Shown here: positions 62,736 to 64,000 of the stretch, piece after piece | How positions within the stretch are numbered: the first letter of the stretch is position 1 | How the letters are laid out: each line of letters begins with the position of its first letter | Assembly: GCA_051942205.1 (NCBI GenBank) | Contig: JAVECO010000005.1 | Location: 186,001-250,000 of the forward strand | Reading direction: 5' to 3' | DNA length: 64,000 nt | DNA from: Coniocarpon cinnabarinum | Lineage: Eukaryota | The notes under the pieces: generated by a model | The model's input: the letters and a program-made list of their open reading frames with translations, nothing else | Databases searched by the model: none | What the model was told of the DNA's origin: nothing | Translations under genes and position numbers: made by a program

Positions 62736-63346
62736 TGAATTGGGCGGCGCGCTTCCTTCCGAGATGTCACATACACCGACCGGCCCCAGATGTGACCCAC
62801 GCATAATACATACGCAACAACTTGCAGCACTGGGCTTTGACGTTATCTCCACCGACGCTTTCGGCCAAGAAGCCGAGTATCCTGACTCGGTATCGGCCTT
62901 TCCCGATGTTTCGGCTCCCGGCAGTCCCTCTCCACTACTGTAGGTATTTGTTGTATGACGGACGCAAGAGCACCGTTCAAGTAGGCTAATACGATTGCAT
63001 GACCTTCGGACGGTCGCTAACACTTCATGGCTGTAGCTATAGAGCACTCGCGTCGCATCATGGCTGCATCTCCGGACCGTGGCCCTTTCTTGCTGCCTGG
63101 TTCTCTCGGACGAGGCAACAGCATCGACTTCGGCGTATGCGTCGGGGTTACAAAACCAGCCTGAGTCGACATGGAGCTATAAAGAATGTGCTGGACCTCA
63201 GCCCCGAGTAGTTCATGTCCCACCTCAGAACTCCAACAAGACAGATCCTGAGCCATTCTCGCAGATCGGCACTCGTGTCAGCAACAGCTCGCAAGCCTTT
63301 CCAAATAGCATATCGCAACTTCGCCGTCGCCTCTTCTCGACCAACC

Positions 63347-64000
63347 ATGGCATCCACTAACACGGCAGCTTGGCTCAATGGAGCACGCGTTCACCCTTTT
63401 GAGGTCAAGGAGTCCCCATATAACAGTCCCGAAGCCAATGAGATCGTCATCCAAAACGCAACTATTGCTGTGAACATCATCGACTATCGCATGCAGGATC
63501 CCGCTGTCTTCCCCGTTGCCTACCCCGCAGTCATCGGTCAGGACGTCGCGGGCGTCGTCGCAGCCGTGGGACCAGGTGTCACGCGTTTCAAGAAGGGTGA
63601 CCGCGTTTTGGGTCATGCTGTCTCCATGCTGAGCCAGACTCCGCGCCACGGTGCATTCCAGAACTACACCTGCGTGCCAGACAACATGGCCTCGCCAATT
63701 CCACACAATCTCGATTTCGAGCACGCCGTCTGCGTTCCGCTTGCCGCCAGCACCGCTTCCTGCGGGCTGTACGAGGCTGACTTTCTCAATCTCCAGCGAC
63801 CGATTCCAACGGGCGCTCCGAAGACTGGGAAAACTGTCCTCATCTGGGGTGGTGCCACGTCAGTCGGATTCTCAGGCATTCAACTCGCCAAGGCAAGCGG
63901 CTACGAGACCATTGTGACTGCTTCTCCTAAGAACCACGCCCTCCTCAAAGGCCTCGGCGCGGACCATCTCATCGACTACCACAGCCCCTCGGTAAGCGAT
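63347..64000 (+). CDS. MDR-family NAD(P)-dependent oxidoreductase, enoyl-reductase-like (CipB/ToxD/LovC type); runs off the window
   Basis: NTAAWL, AVNIIDY, YPAVIGQDVAGVV..VG.GVTRFKKGDRV, GAFQNY, VLIWGGATSVG..IQLAK.SG and LGADHLIDY. Intron donor GTAAGC at 63992. Confidence 0.92.
   Translation, partial: MASTNTAAWLNGARVHPFEVKESPYNSPEANEIVIQNATIAVNIIDYRMQDPAVFPVAYPAVIGQDVAGVVAAVGPGVTRFKKGDRVLGHAVSMLSQTPRHGAFQNYTCVPDNMASPIPHNLDFEHAVCVPLAASTASCGLYEADFLNLQRPIPTGAPKTGKTVLIWGGATSVGFSGIQLAKASGYETIVTASPKNHALLKGLGADHLIDYHSPSVSD

Overview
Eukaryotic DNA from a filamentous ascomycete (Pezizomycotina; the compact layout and short GT-AG introns with CTRAC branch sites suggest a small-genome Dothideomycete, which is inference only). 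The window holds about 23 protein-coding genes. Recognisable housekeeping genes are mitochondrial bL36m, MIC60, RTC5, SWC3, mitochondrial AspRS, CDC4, a cis-prenyltransferase, PSF3, SOD2, polyubiquitin, ETP1/BRAP2 and MPG1. Others encode a P450, a PTH11-like receptor, an ABHD12-like hydrolase, a GBD/FH3 protein, an OCD/mu-crystallin protein, a DUF1769 protein, an aldo-keto reductase and an enoyl-reductase-like MDR. Two gene-poor, lower-GC tracts interrupt the dense array. The first (about 5.0-16.9 kb) carries an AbiEii/MenT-like nucleotidyltransferase and gene relics. The second is an 8.4-kb ORF-less gap between two convergent genes (39.4-47.8 kb), a candidate short regional centromere. The most interesting items are a fungal protein with the N-terminal motif and OB fold of shieldin SHLD2, the toxin-like nucleotidyltransferase, the candidate centromere and a candidate intronic box C/D snoRNA. 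No CRISPR array, rRNA, tRNA or intact transposon was seen. All family assignments come from motif recognition by eye; no searches were run.
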